The notes under the pieces are model-generated. The model saw nothing but the letters and a program-made list of their open reading frames with translations, was not told the origin of the DNA and searched no databases. Shown here piece by piece: positions 12,430-24,831 of a stretch of DNA of 64,000 nt. Source of the stretch: Mobula hypostoma (lineage: Eukaryota). How positions within the stretch are numbered: position 1 is the first letter of the stretch; each line of letters starts with the position of its first letter. Made by a program: the position numbers and the translations under genes. The stretch spans positions 9,982,001 through 10,046,000 of the forward strand of contig NC_086097.1 of NCBI RefSeq assembly GCF_963921235.1, in the 5' to 3' direction.

Positions 12430-14960
12430 CATATAACCATATAACCATATAACAATTACAACACGGAAACAGGCCATCTCAGCCCTTCTAGTCCGTGCTG
12501 AACTCTTACTCTCACCTAGTCCCACCAACCTGCACTCAGCCCATAACCCTCCATTCCTTTCCTGTCCATATATCTATCCAATTTAACTTTAAATGACAAC
12601 ATCAAACGTGCCCCAACCACTTCTGCTGGAAGCTCGTTCCACACAGCTACCACTCTCTGAGTAAAGAAGTTCCCCCTCATGTTACCCCTAAACTTTTGTC
12701 CTTTAACTCTCAATTTATGTCCTCTTGTTTGAATCTTCCCCTCTCTCAATGGAAAAAGCCTATCCACATCAACTCTATCAATCCCCTTCATAATTTTAAA
12801 CACCTCTATCAAGTCCCCCCTCAACCTTCTAAGCTCCAAAGAATAAAGACCTAACTTGTTCAACCTTTCTCTGTAACTTAGGAGATGAAACCCAGGCAAC
12901 ATTCTAGTAAATCTCCTCTGTACTCTCTCAATTTTATTGACAACTTTCCTATAATTCGGTGATCAGAACTGTACACAATACTCCAAATTTGGCCTTACCA
13001 ATGCCCTATACAATTTCAACACTACATAGAAACATAGAAAATAGGTGCAGGAGTAGGCCATTCGGCCCTTCGAGCCTGCACCGCTATTCAGTATGATCAT
13101 GGCTGATCATCCAACTCAGAACCCTGCACCAGCCTTCCCTCCATACCCACTGATCCCTTTAGCCACAAGGGCCATATCTAACTCCCTCTTAAATATAGCC
13201 AATGAACTGGCCTCAACTGTTTCCTGTGGCAGAGAATTCCACAGATTCACCACTCTCTGTGTGAAGCAGTTTTTCCTAATCTCGGTCCTAAAAGGCTTCC
13301 CCTTTATCCTCAAACTGTGACCCTTCGTTCTGGACTTCCCCAACATCGGGAACAATCTTCCTGCATCTAGCCTGTCCAATCCCTTTAGGATTTTATACGT
13401 TTCAATCAGATCCCCCCTTCAATCTTCTAAATTCCGACGAGTATAAGCCTAGTTCATCCAGTCTTTCATCATATGAAAGTCCTGCCATCCCAGGAATCAA
13501 TTTGGTGAACCTTCTTTGTACTCCCTCTATGGCAAGGATGTCTGTCCTCAGATTAGGGGACCAAAACTGCACACAATACTCCAGGTGTGGTCTCACCAAG
13601 GCCCTGTACAACTGCAGTAGTACCTCCCTGCTCCTGTACTCGAATCCTCTTGCTATAAATGCCAGCATACCATTCGCCTTTTTCACCGCCTGCTGTACCT
13701 GCATGCCCACTTTCAATGACTGGTGTATAATGACACCCAGGTCTCGTTGCACCTCCCCTTTTCCTAATCGGCCACCATTCAGATAATAATCTGTTTTCCT
13801 GTTTTTGCCACCAAAGTGGATAACTTCACATTTATCCACATTAAATTGCATCTGCCATGAATTTGCCCACTCACCTAACCTATCCAAGTCACCCTGCATC
13901 CTCTTAGCATCCTCCTCACAGCTAACACTGCCGCCCAGCTTTGTGTCATCCGCAAACTTGGAGATGCTGCATTTAATTCCCTCATCCAAGTCATTAATAT
14001 ATATTGTAAACAACTGGGGTCCCAGCACTGAGCCTTGCGGTACCCCACTAGTCACTGCCTGCCATTCTGAAAAGGTCCTGTTTATTCCCACTCTTTGCTT
14101 CCTGTCTGCCAAACAATTCTCAATCCACATCAATACCTTACCCCCAATACCATGTGCTTTACGTTTGCACACCAATCTCCTGTGTGGGACCTTATCAAAA
14201 GCCTTTTGAAAATCCAAATATACCACATCCACTGGTTCTCCCCTATCCACTCTACTAGTTACATCCTCAAAAAATTCTATGAGATTCACCAGACATGATT
14301 TTCCTTTCACAAATCCATGCTGACTTTGTCCGATGATTTCACCGCTTTCCAAATGTGCTGTTATCACATCTTTGATAACTGACTCCAGCAGTTTCCCCAC
14401 CACTGATGTTAGGCTAACCGGTCTATAATTCCCTGGTTTCTCTCTCCCTCCTTTTTTAAAAAGTGGGGTTACATTAGCCACCCTCCAATCCTCAGGAACT
14501 AGTCCAGAATCTAAAGAGTTTTGAAAAATTATCCCAAAATTATTACATCCCAACTCCTATACTCAATTCTCTGATTAATAAAGGCTGGCAAACCAAAAGC
14601 TTTCTTCACCACCCTGTCCACATGAGATTCCATCTTCAGGGAACTATGCACCATTATTCCTAGATCCCTCTGTTCTGCAGCATTCTTCAATGCCCTACCA
14701 TTTACCATGTATGTCTTATTTTGATTAGTCCTACCAAAATGTAGCACCTCACATTTTTCAGCATTAAACTCCATTTGCCATCTTTCAGCCCACTCTTCTA
14801 ACTGGCCTAAGTCTGTCTGCAAGCTTTGAAAACCTACCTCATCATCCACAACGCCACCTATCTTGGTATCAACTGCATACTTACTAATCCAATTTACCAC
14901 CCCATCATCCAGATCATTAATATATATTACAAACAACATTGGACCCAGTAGAGAAGATTC
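12430..14960 (-). mobile_element. CR1 3' fragment, interrupted by a younger CR1 at 13024-14533
   Basis: ORFs 14529-14966 (LGPMLFVIYINDLD) and 12516-12902 (RRLRGDLIEVFKI...NFFTQRVV). (atataacc)n tail at ~12431-12452. Confidence 0.9.
13024..14533 (-). mobile_element. Young CR1 LINE, 5'-truncated, RT nearly intact
   Basis: 383-aa RT ORF (YLDFQKAFDKVPH, QGSVLGP, KFADD) with one frameshift near 13420. (acatagaa)n tail. Near-identical to 36420-37973. Confidence 0.95.
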
Positions 14961-15974
14961 ATCCATTTATGAGGCATCATCTCAAAATAAGAGGGTACCC
15001 TATGAGGATCGAGGTGAGGACAAATTTCTTTACACAGAGGTTTCTTTACACGTAGGGTCTCAAGCTATGATGTCGCTGAGGGAAGGGGGTGCGTTGGGGC
15101 CAGTGCACTCCACCAGGGGGCAGTGTGGAATGGCGACTAGGCTGCCCACTAGTGTTCGCTCAGTTGCTCTCTTGTGGTCAGCTGTTGATTGATGACACAA
15201 ACTTTGGGACTCTTTTATTGTGTGATTGTGCTACTATTTGTGATTGCTATCTTGTGTGCGCTTTGTGCTGTGTGAATGTTAGTACTGTGTTTTGCACCTT
15301 GACACCGGTGTCGTGCTATTCATCTATGGCTGAATGGCAAGTAAACTTGAACTGAATAGATATAAAACTTCGACAGTTTCCTCCTCAGAGGAATGTGAAT
15401 ATGTATGCAGGTTGGAAGATGGAGCAATGTTATGGATGCTGTATAACTTAGAACAGCTTCTACATTTTAGGCTCTTCAGCCCACTGAGGTCCATCAGTGG
15501 TAAGTGCAGAGTTTGATAACTATTGCCAGCCATCCAGATTTCACTTTAATGGCCTGGAGAGAACACACAGGAACATGTGCTACCTCATAACCTGTGTAAA
15601 GCAGTTGTCTTCACCTTCTGTATATTATAAGGTATTTGCCTTGGGTTCTGAATTGCCATAGAGAGTTAGTGGTCAACCTGAATATTTATTTTAAAAGAAA
15701 CATGAGTATCTCACTCTGATTGTACACTATATAAACAATTCTCTTTGGGTGGAAAATATCATTCTGGGACATCATATGTGAGGAATAAACTTAAGCTACT
15801 CAATGCTAGAGGAACTCAGCTGGTCTGGCAGCATCTAATGAGAGGAATAAACCATTGAATTGAGAACATTCTGGGAGTTTTGTAAGATCATCTAGAGCTG
15901 TAATAACACCTCCTGTTTTGAGAATATTCAAATGGATGGATATTCAAATTGATTCCTTAAGTTTGTTATAGCCA

Positions 15975-16500
15975 GGAGTGGTAGTGGGGATATGCTCCCA
16001 ATAGCTTGCATCTCAATCAAGTCCGGCTCCTGGCCTTCACATGTGGCTTAGCCAAGAAGACCAGCAGAAACATTTCAACTGACAGGAGAAGAGACAAAGG
16101 CAGGTTACTGATGCCTTAAAAAGAATTGCTTTGGGCAAACGGGGCTCATCAACCATGGCAGGCAGCTCATACAGGAGAAGGCAAGTTCTGATCTTAAACC
16201 TCTCATGGGGAAGGCTTCAGGAGTAAGCCCCAAGGAAAAATCTGGAGCTGGCGTCCCTAAGGCAGCCCTGTGTTGAGTTCAATGCTGACTGGCAACTCCT
16301 GTGACGCTGCTGGTGCCAAACTGTATTGGTCTCTGCTGTTCCTTTGGATTCAGCAGCTGCATACAGAAGGCAGGCTTGCTACCTGGGCCACAGATTACTC
16401 TGCACATCACACTGGCCTGGCTTGTGTGCTGGTTTATGTATCACGTAGTCAGCTGAAACACAACATCCATGGTCGACTCCTGACTAATGAAGGGCCTCAT
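15975..16500 (+). mobile_element. RTE-derived non-autonomous element (family also at 56560-57170 and 60418-62080)
   Basis: Three alignable copies in the window. Short 3' tail catccatggtcgactcctgactaatgaagggcctc. No ORF. Confidence 0.65.
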
Positions 16501-16759
16501 AAATGGATGAATCTTCTCTACTCCCACACAGATCACTTATTAAGCAGTTAGTGTTTTTTTTTAATCGCTAATCCATTTGAGGTTGTGAAACTCCCATGTG
16601 CTACAAAGCTTTTGCTTTGTGATGTTTGCAGTTTTTCAGTTGCATACCTTGAATGCAAAGTAGTCAAGGAGTAAGTTATTGTTTATACTTATTTTTCAAT
16701 CCTGTTTTTTACTTGGGATCAGAGTCCATTTCTGTACCTGGTTGCAAAAAAAAAGAACA

Positions 16760-17200
16760 CAATGGGTCATGCAGCATCTGTCGAGGGAGGGGTAGCATCT
16801 CTGGTGAAGGAGCTTGTAGTGTCATTTCTGGGGCAGCTCACTTACCTTTGTCTCCACCAGAGACTCAGCTCTCCACAGTGGCTCCAAGTAACTGTTTGCA
16901 TGCGAAGCTGCCACACCCCCGTGTACCACTTTGACAGGCGTGTTAAACCAGGTGAGGGTATCTGGTGGTCCTCATATCCCGGTGAGATAAGGACAGGCCT
17001 TTCCGAGCATACGAAGTCAGATACGGCAGATTGGGCAGATGAGATCGACAGTGAGATCCAATGGTTCTGCAATGCTCCATGGGCATGAGAAGGCACAGAA
17101 GACTTCATGGTCATCCACTGCAACCATGGAGGAACACAGTTTGTGACATGTGTTCATACCACTGGAACTAGATTTCTGAGATCAAGAGAGTGGAAATGTC
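16760..17200 (+). mobile_element. Probable RTE 5'-UTR-derived repeat
   Basis: ggtcatccactgc...ccactggaactagat...gagagtgg resembles the minus strand of 3013-3214. GC-richer than its flanks. Confidence 0.45.
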
Positions 17201-18566
17201 GCACTTTTATTCCTTCCTCTTCACCGAAAGAGTGAGGCAAATATTGAACTTTGCTCACAGAGAGTGGTTGAGCCAAATTGTGCAAATACTTTTAAAAGGT
17301 GACTGGTCAAGTATATGAAGGGAGTAAAAGGAATAAATAGTCATAGTATGCAATTTAGATGAGAAGAGATGAGAGGAGGTTTGAATGGACTGTCAACAAC
17401 AACATGAATTGAATGGGCTGAAGAGCTTGTTTTATGCCCTGTTTCTGGGGTAATCCCATATGAATAACTCCACCCTACAACTCTGCTGAATCCAGATATG
17501 ATCCAGGGCTGATTCCTATGTGTCACCCTGAAACTGACTCAAAATCAAAGTTCAAAAAACTTCAAAATACATTTATTATATAAGTGTGTATACATTGTAC
17601 AACCTTGAGGTTCATCTTCTTACAGGCAGCCACAAAAAAAAAGAAACCCAAAAGATCTCATTTTTTTAAAAAAGACCATCAAGTGTCAAATGTGCAGAGA
17701 GAAAAAAAAGGCATGCAAATAACTACCACAAACAAGTAACATTCTGAACTAAAGTCCACAAAGAGAGTGTGTCCGCAGACACTTAGGGCAGAGCTGAGTA
17801 AATGCTGCATAGCAGCGAGCTGAACCGGCCCATCCCTCGCTCTGATAACCTGACCTTTTCCATCTGACATGGCAATTAAATTGTCCTTCAAACTATTTGG
17901 TTCAGTTGCTTCAATATGCTCTGGGTTCACCTCAATTCAGCCTGTACCTGACCTTTCCAATTTGGCCCAGTATATAAATCCTCCTCAGAATATGCAACAA
18001 TGCGAAAGTTAAGTCCAGACCATCTCTTCCACTCTTGCATGGCTCTTTCTCCAGTACTCTATCATCAAACTCAATCAAAATTAATTTGTAGGCATTTCGT
18101 AAGGTGTGAACAATCTGTTCGTTATGGGACCGTACGTTTGCCAATGATGGTGCAGAGGAAGCTGCAATTAAGCAAGCGGTCTAAAATCTGAAGGCTGTGG
18201 GCGTTGAGGAGGTTGCATAGATAGGAAGGGATAAGCCCATAGAGGGTTTGAATGAGATGAGATTTTAAATCACATCACTGCATCATCAGGAACTGAGAAA
18301 TTGAAGTGTTTTTCATTGTGCTACTAAAATATATTGTTAGATTTTGCTTCATTTTGTGATTAAGTCTGTTTTTTGTGATAGCATGAATATCGATTTCTCC
18401 CTCCTCTCCCCCTTCTTCTTCTATTCCCCACTCTGGCCTCATACCTCTTCTCCTCACCTGCCTATCATCCATCCCCACCGCCCTTCCCCACCCCCTTCCC
18501 TTTCTCCTATGGTCCACTCTCCTCTCCTAGCTTCTTCTCTTCTTCGCTAGCCCTTGACCCACCTAA

Positions 18567-19060
18567 AAGTTCAAAGTTCAAAGTTCAAAGTAAAATTTAT
18601 TTTCAGAGTACATATACGTAACCACATACAGCACTGACATTTTTTTTCCGGGAATACCTAGCAAATCTAGAGAAAAGAAACTGTAAACAGGACCTGTAGA
18701 TTTAAACATCAGAAACTGTAAACTGCGAACCATCTGTGCAAATTCAGATAATAAATGAATAGCAATAAATATTGAGCACAACTTAACAAGATAAGGAGTG
18801 CTTAAATGAATGTGGTTTGTTCAAGACCCTGATGGTTGAGGGGTAGTAACTGTTCTTGAACCTGGTGGTGTGAGTCCTGAGGCATTTGTAACTTCTACCT
18901 GATGGCAGCAGTGAAAAAAGAGTATGGTCTGTGTAGTGAGGATCTTTGATGATGGATGCTGCTTTTCTACAACTGCCTTTCATGTCAATGTGCTCATTTG
19001 CTGGGAAGGTTTTACTGGGCTGAACCCATTACCTTTGGTAGGATCTTCTGCTCAAAGGCA
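18567..19060 (-). mobile_element. Rex1/Babar 3' fragment
   Basis: KAASIIKDPH...SLLPSGRSYK...TTRFKNSYYP. (aaagttc)n tail at 18567-18591. Confidence 0.75.
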
Positions 19061-20112
19061 TTTGTAACACTTGTGTAGTGCTTGATCTATCTCATGTGAC
19101 TGGTCGGCATACACTTTATGAGAAAAATATAATTACACAGGTGTTAGTGGGCCATCAGAAGCTCAAAGTATTGAAAGCAAGCACACACTTCTGAAGATAA
19201 GTTTTGTTTATAAAAATAGCAATATATACAAAATATTTACATAAGCAAGAACAATTCAAAATTCTAGCATTCTCTTTTAGGTTCCAAATCTCGTATATCA
19301 AATAAGAGCCAAATTCCTTTTTTAGTTAGAATCAGTGAGATTTATTAGAATAAATTTATTACTCCAACTTATCTAACTAATTAGATCTAGTTATTCCCTA
19401 TTTAAAGGTTTACAGACCAACTTTTCCCTTTTTATTTATCCTTAGTTAGTTAGGAAACTAATTGCATTCTTATTTTTAAGTGTTATAGTTAACCTCAGTT
19501 TCCGTTTCAGGTCATTATGTCTACAAATTCAAATTCAACAACCCCCCAAAAATATATGCATACAGCTTAACTCCTTTCCTGACACATTCTCCAACATCAC
19601 AACTTTTAAACAAAGTAAATCTCATTCAGTCACTTCTCAAAGTCCTTGCAAAAATAATCAGTTCTTCCAGAAAATTAAATTCAGATCCCTGAAATGAGAA
19701 ATTAAATTATACATCTGACCACGTTAAATCCTCTAGGTCTTGAATCATTCTGTGCCTGTACTGGTTCTTCAATCTTGGGTGGCTCGCCATCTTGTTTCTT
19801 GGTTTGTTAAATGAAATAGTGGGTCATCCATGGAAAGTCGATTCACAATACTTACACCTGACCAAATTTCTTGGTATGACTTAACAGAACTAATTCTCAG
19901 TTACATGGTAGAGATCTTGGATCCCAGTCTCTGCCAATATTGCCTGTCTATAGCTGGTGCGCGTTATAGCCATAGCTTCAATAAATCTTTTATTGATATC
20001 ATCTCTTCTCCAGGGGTTTCACCCTGAGGAGTTCTGTAAGTAGGTTAGAGATACTAATTACTAATTCCACTATTAACAGTTTATATCTTTTGTTAGTTTT
20101 TATAGTTTGCTG

Positions 20113-20703
20113 ATGACATCTGAAGGCACTTGAAAATTTCCATCAACGCTGTCTTCGAAACATCTTAAATATCAGCTGGGAAGATAGAAGAACCAATGTC
20201 AGTGTGCTAAATGAAGCAAAAACAACAAGCATTGAAGCCTACGTTGTCAAGAATCAACTAAGATGGAGAGGTCATGTTGTTCGGATGATAGATGAACGTG
20301 TGCCAAAACAAATCTTCTACTCCCAGCTTAAAGAAGGCAAACGTAAAAGAGGCGGACAACAGAAGAGATTCAAAGACGTCTTAAAAGCCAACATGAAGAA
20401 ATGTAACATCGACATCAACAATTGGGAAACCAATGACAAGGACAGGAAACTCTGGCAAGCCATCATCCGAGAAGGAACAGCAATTTTCGAAGCGGACAGA
20501 TGTGCAGAATTAGAAGAAAAGAGAAGAAAATGGAAAGAGAGGCAGCAACAACCAAAGCCCGATCTGCCATCTGGAACTACCTGTCCTGAATGCGGAAGAA
20601 CTTTCAAAGCCAAGATTGGACTCATAAGCCACTTGAGAGCCCATAAATAGATCAACAGAACAAAGAGCATCATCCTCGACCTCGGGGGATCGCCATGACG
20701 ATG
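20113..20703 (+). mobile_element. RTE-clade LINE 3' fragment
   Basis: QLRWRGHVVRM...PKQIFYSQL...GGQQKRFKD...CPECGRTFKAKIGLISHLRAH. 11-bp TSD atagtttgctg at 20102-20112 and 20704-20714. Confidence 0.92.
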
Positions 20704-21059
20704 ATAGTTTGCTGCATTTCTGTCACTTGTCTATGCTTGTGTTGGCCATGCCTCATTCTCGCATTACTGTTTTTTTCAAGTTCTCTTTGTAATCCTATAA
20801 GTCTCGTTGCCATCCCTCCACAAATGGAACTTTCTAACATTACATCATTGGCTTTTACTAACCTGGGTTATACATTGGTGTTCCCATACCAAGCCATCGT
20901 GCAGCCAGTCAGCACACTTCCCACCACACATCTATAGAAGTTTATCAAGGTTTTTGATGCCATGCTGAATCTCCGTAGATGCTGTTGTGCTATCTTTATA
21001 TTTTATGATTCACTTATCATCTTTTACATCATGGAGATGTCTTCCATGGAGGAATTATT

Positions 21060-21420
21060 ATTACATTATAAAAATTTAACAACCTGAGGTATGGGCATCA
21101 CCAAACATGTTAATTTCTCATTTGCTAGGAACTTTTGGACTATTCTAGTGGTGTTTAATATTGTGGTTTTCTGAAGGTTTACATAGATATTACTGTATAG
21201 CCCCAATTGTTTAATGCTATTGTGTAGTGCATTTGGGATGATACCAGTTGGGGCTATTACTATCAGGACAATGTAGACCCTGTTCATGTTCCATCGTCCT
21301 GCAATTTCCTCTTTTAATTCAGCATATTTCTGATGCTTTTCACTTATTGATTTTTGTAAATTATTTGTGTTTGGAATCACCATACCTATTGAATAAGTTG
21401 TTCTTTCTTGCTTATCCTTT
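21060..21420 (-). mobile_element. R4/Dong-like non-LTR element, RLE-domain fragment
   Basis: IPNTNN...EKHQKYAELKEEI...W...VYIVLIVIAPTGIIP (restriction-like endonuclease C-terminus). Ends beside (tta)n. Confidence 0.75.
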
Positions 21421-21873
21421 TAGCTAGTCCTCCTTCCCCTTTCCCTATTCTGGCATTTTCCCCCTTACTTTCCAGTCCTGAAGAAAGGTCTCAGCCCAAA
21501 ACATTGACTGTTTATTCAATACCACAGATGTTGCCTGACTTGTTGTTTTCCTCCAGCATTTGTGTGTGTTGTTCTGGATTCCCAGCTCCTGCAGTCTTTC
21601 TTGTGTTTATGATTTTGATTAATTATTTAATTGTGGTTAATTTTCTTAATCTCTTAATTACCTGACTATTAATCCACATAGTTCTGTCCACACAATTAAA
21701 TATCAATGTCTCTTGGTAATTTTATATTTTTTCACACAGTACTCAGCTCTCAATTGTGTTATAGTGGATATGATGAATAGTTGAACCACAACACAAGATT
21801 CAAGAGTAAGATTCAAACTTATTTATCATATGTACATTGAAACATACAGTAAATTCTTCCTTTGGGCAAACAA

Positions 21874-22178
21874 GTGCTGGCGCGTGGCCAAGTGGTTAAG
21901 GCGCTCGTCTAGTGATTTGAAGGTTGCTAGTTCGAGCCTTGGCTGATGCAGCGCGTGTGTCCTTGAGCAAGGCACTTAACCACACATTGCTCTGCGACGA
22001 CACCGGTGCCAAGCTGTATTGGCCCTAGTGCCCTTCCCTTGGACAACACCGGTGGTGTGGAGAGGGGAGACTTGCAGCATGGGCAACTGCTGGTCTTCCA
22101 TAAAACCTTGCCCAGGCCTGCACCCTGGAAACCTTCCAAGGCACAAATCCATGGTTTCATGAGACTAACGAATGCCTG
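21874..22178 (+). mobile_element. tRNA-headed SINE with RTE-related body and tail
   Basis: A box tggccaagtgg, B box gttcgagcc. 13-bp TSD tttgggcaaacaa at 21861-21873 and 22179-22191. Confidence 0.88.
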
Positions 22179-22559
22179 TTTGGGCAAACAACCAACACAT
22201 CTGCAAGTGTTGCCACACATTCTTCTGCTAATGTAGCCTGCCCTCTATGCTGGGCAGAACAACGCAAACACAATAAGCAACACAGCAACAATGCAAGTGC
22301 ATAATTATGTCTTTCCACTTCACAGGCACAAATATTTAGCACAATCTTCTACCCCTAACCATATTTCCAGCCTTCATGAATCTAACTTCAGTTCATAGTC
22401 TCTTTAAGTGGAATCAAGGTGAATGCCTTCTAGATGTTCACGTAAACTGCAAATGCCCAGGTTCCCTTATTTCCTTTTAAGTTATGACTTAACAAATCTA
22501 TTTAGTTCATACAACCTGAGCTGATCTTTTCAAATCTTTTGTGCCATTTTTTTAATTAA

Positions 22560-23945
22560 CTCAAAGGTGCAATAGAGCTATATAACAGAGCAGCAGGGTA
22601 CAATACAAGCAATGGATGAATATGAGACGTAGGTATCTGTGATAGCAACAAGCAAAGAAGTAGATCAGAGTATGATAAAGGGAAAACTTTTGATAGAATT
22701 TACTTCAAGGCTCTGCTAAACAGAACTCAACAGTAAAAATATAATAAGGCAATACGTAAATCTTTCACTAAACCCATATTAATATATTCTTTTGGCAGAA
22801 TATCTTGGTCCAGAACCAATCAAAAAATGTTACAACAAAAATAAAGAACTAAAATGATAAATTTCAGACTTGAACGCACTTAGATTAACACTACCTAGGA
22901 AGAATGAGGAAGAAGATTAACAGACATTAAAAAATTTCCACAACAGACAAAACTTCTAAGGATATGTTTTCATTAACAAAGCACGATTCAGTACTCTATG
23001 CAAACATATGCAATATAAGAAGTACACACCACTATACCTAAATGAAAGCACAACCCAGAAAAATGAAGAAATGATCACTACAGAGGAATAGGATAACCAA
23101 TGGAAAATCATGGCCTACCATGGAATACAACCCCATGATCTGAGCAGACCAGATGTTGACAAGGAAGTGTCAAATGTTTGGCTCAGAATTTGATTCTTCT
23201 TCCCAGAAAAGAGGGGTTCCTTGTGGCAATAAAGGACCAGGTGGTCAATACACAAAAAAAGATCAAAAATACATAATAAAAAGCCAACAAGTTCAAGATG
23301 ATAAATGCATGAGATGCTAAGAGAAACTAGAAACAATCCAACACATTACACAATCCTGCAGCAGTTTAACTCAATCTGATTACTTACCCAAGCACAATCA
23401 AGTGGCAAACATCATTCACAAAAATCTTACTTTAAAATGCAAACTCATAAAGACAATGCTAAAAAGACAAGCCTAATCCAGTTTTAGGATCAGACACCCA
23501 CAAATCATCTTATGACTAATTATTTATTACAGATAGGACAATCCATAATAACTGACCAGCTAATATATTGCAGGATAAATAAGCAAGAGCAACTTACTTA
23601 AAAGATACAGTCATTCCAAACACACATAACATACAGAAATCAATAAGTGGGAAAAACACCAGAAATATGCTGAATTAAAAGAGGAAATTAAAAGGCTATG
23701 GAATGTGAACAGGATATACATTGTCCCGATAGTAATATCCACAAATGTTATCATCGCAAAGTCACTACAAAATAGCAGTAAACAATTAGGCCTACACAAC
23801 AATATTTATGTAAATCTCCAGAAAGCCACAATACTAGATACCACCAGAATAACCTGAAAGTTCCTAGCAATCAAACAATGAGTATGCTTGGCTATAACTG
23901 TACATCAGGGTATACCAGCCTGAATTGAGAAAAAATAAAAATATG
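22560..23945 (+). mobile_element. R4/Dong-like non-LTR element, decayed 3' part
   Basis: Remnants LVAIKDQVV, HITQSC...HNQVANIIHKNL, DRTIHN, KHQKYAELKEEIKRLW. Homologous to 21060-21420. Confidence 0.75.
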
Positions 23946-24015
23946 ATAATAGTCATCATCATCAATCAATAAATAGATAAATAACTTAAATAAATAAACA
24001 AGAAAGCCAAGGAAG

Positions 24016-24831
24016 AAAGACATACTGGTTGGTAGGTTAATTGGTTTTTGTAAATTGTCCTGATTTTAATTAGGATTAAATTGGGGCTTTGCTGGGAAAA
24101 AGACTAAGGAGCTGGTGGTAGACCTCAGGAGAGCTAAGGTACTGGCAACGCCTGTTTCCATCCAGGGGGTCAGTGTGGACATGGTGGAGGATTACAAATA
24201 CCTGGGGATACGGATTAACAATAAACTGGACTGGTCAAAGAACACTGAAGCTGTCTACAAGAAGGGTCAGAGCCATCTCTATTTCCTGAGGAGACTGAGG
24301 TCCTTTAACATCTGCCAGACGATGCTGAGGATGTTCTACGAGTCTGTGGTGGCCAGTGAGATCATGTTTGCTGTTGTGTGCTGGGGCAGCAGGCTGAGGG
24401 TAGCAGACACCAACAGAATCAACAAACTCATCTGTAAGGCCAGTGATGTTGTCGGGATGGAACTGGACTCTCTGACGGTGGTGTCTGAAAAGAGGATGCT
24501 GTCCAAGTTGCATGCCATCTTGGACAATGTCTCCCATCCACTACATAATGTACTGGTTGGGCACAGGAGTACATTCAGCCAGAGACTCATTCCACCGAAA
24601 TGCAGTACAGAGCGTCATAGGAAGTCATTCCTGCCTGTGGCCATCAAACTTTACAACTCCTCCCTTGGAGGGTCAGACACCCTGAGCCAATAGGCTGGTC
24701 CTGGACTTATTTCCTGGCATAATTTACATATTAGTATTTAATTATTTATGGTTTTATTACTATTTATTATTTATGGTGCAATTGTAACGAAAACCAGTTT
24801 CCCCCAGGATCAATAAAGTATGACAATGACT
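24016..24831 (+). mobile_element. V-SINE fragment fused to a Rex1/Babar 3' fragment (inverted copy of 58783-59605)
   Basis: 192-aa ORF YKYLGIRINNKLDW...RHRKSFLPVAIKLYN. Same SINE/LINE junction as 59520-59605. Confidence 0.9.

Noticed and set aside
13502..14298. Long antisense ORFs over CR1 RT (also 36911-37615 and 38851-40326)
   Set aside because: Shadow frames of the RT coding sequence.
19142..20078. Possible LTR (tgttagtgg...ccactattaaca) or exon at 19856-20034
   Set aside because: No TSD found, and all three frames of the putative exon contain stops.
21879..21950. tRNA gene
   Set aside because: A and B boxes are present, but there is no complete cloverleaf; it is the head of a TSD-bounded SINE.
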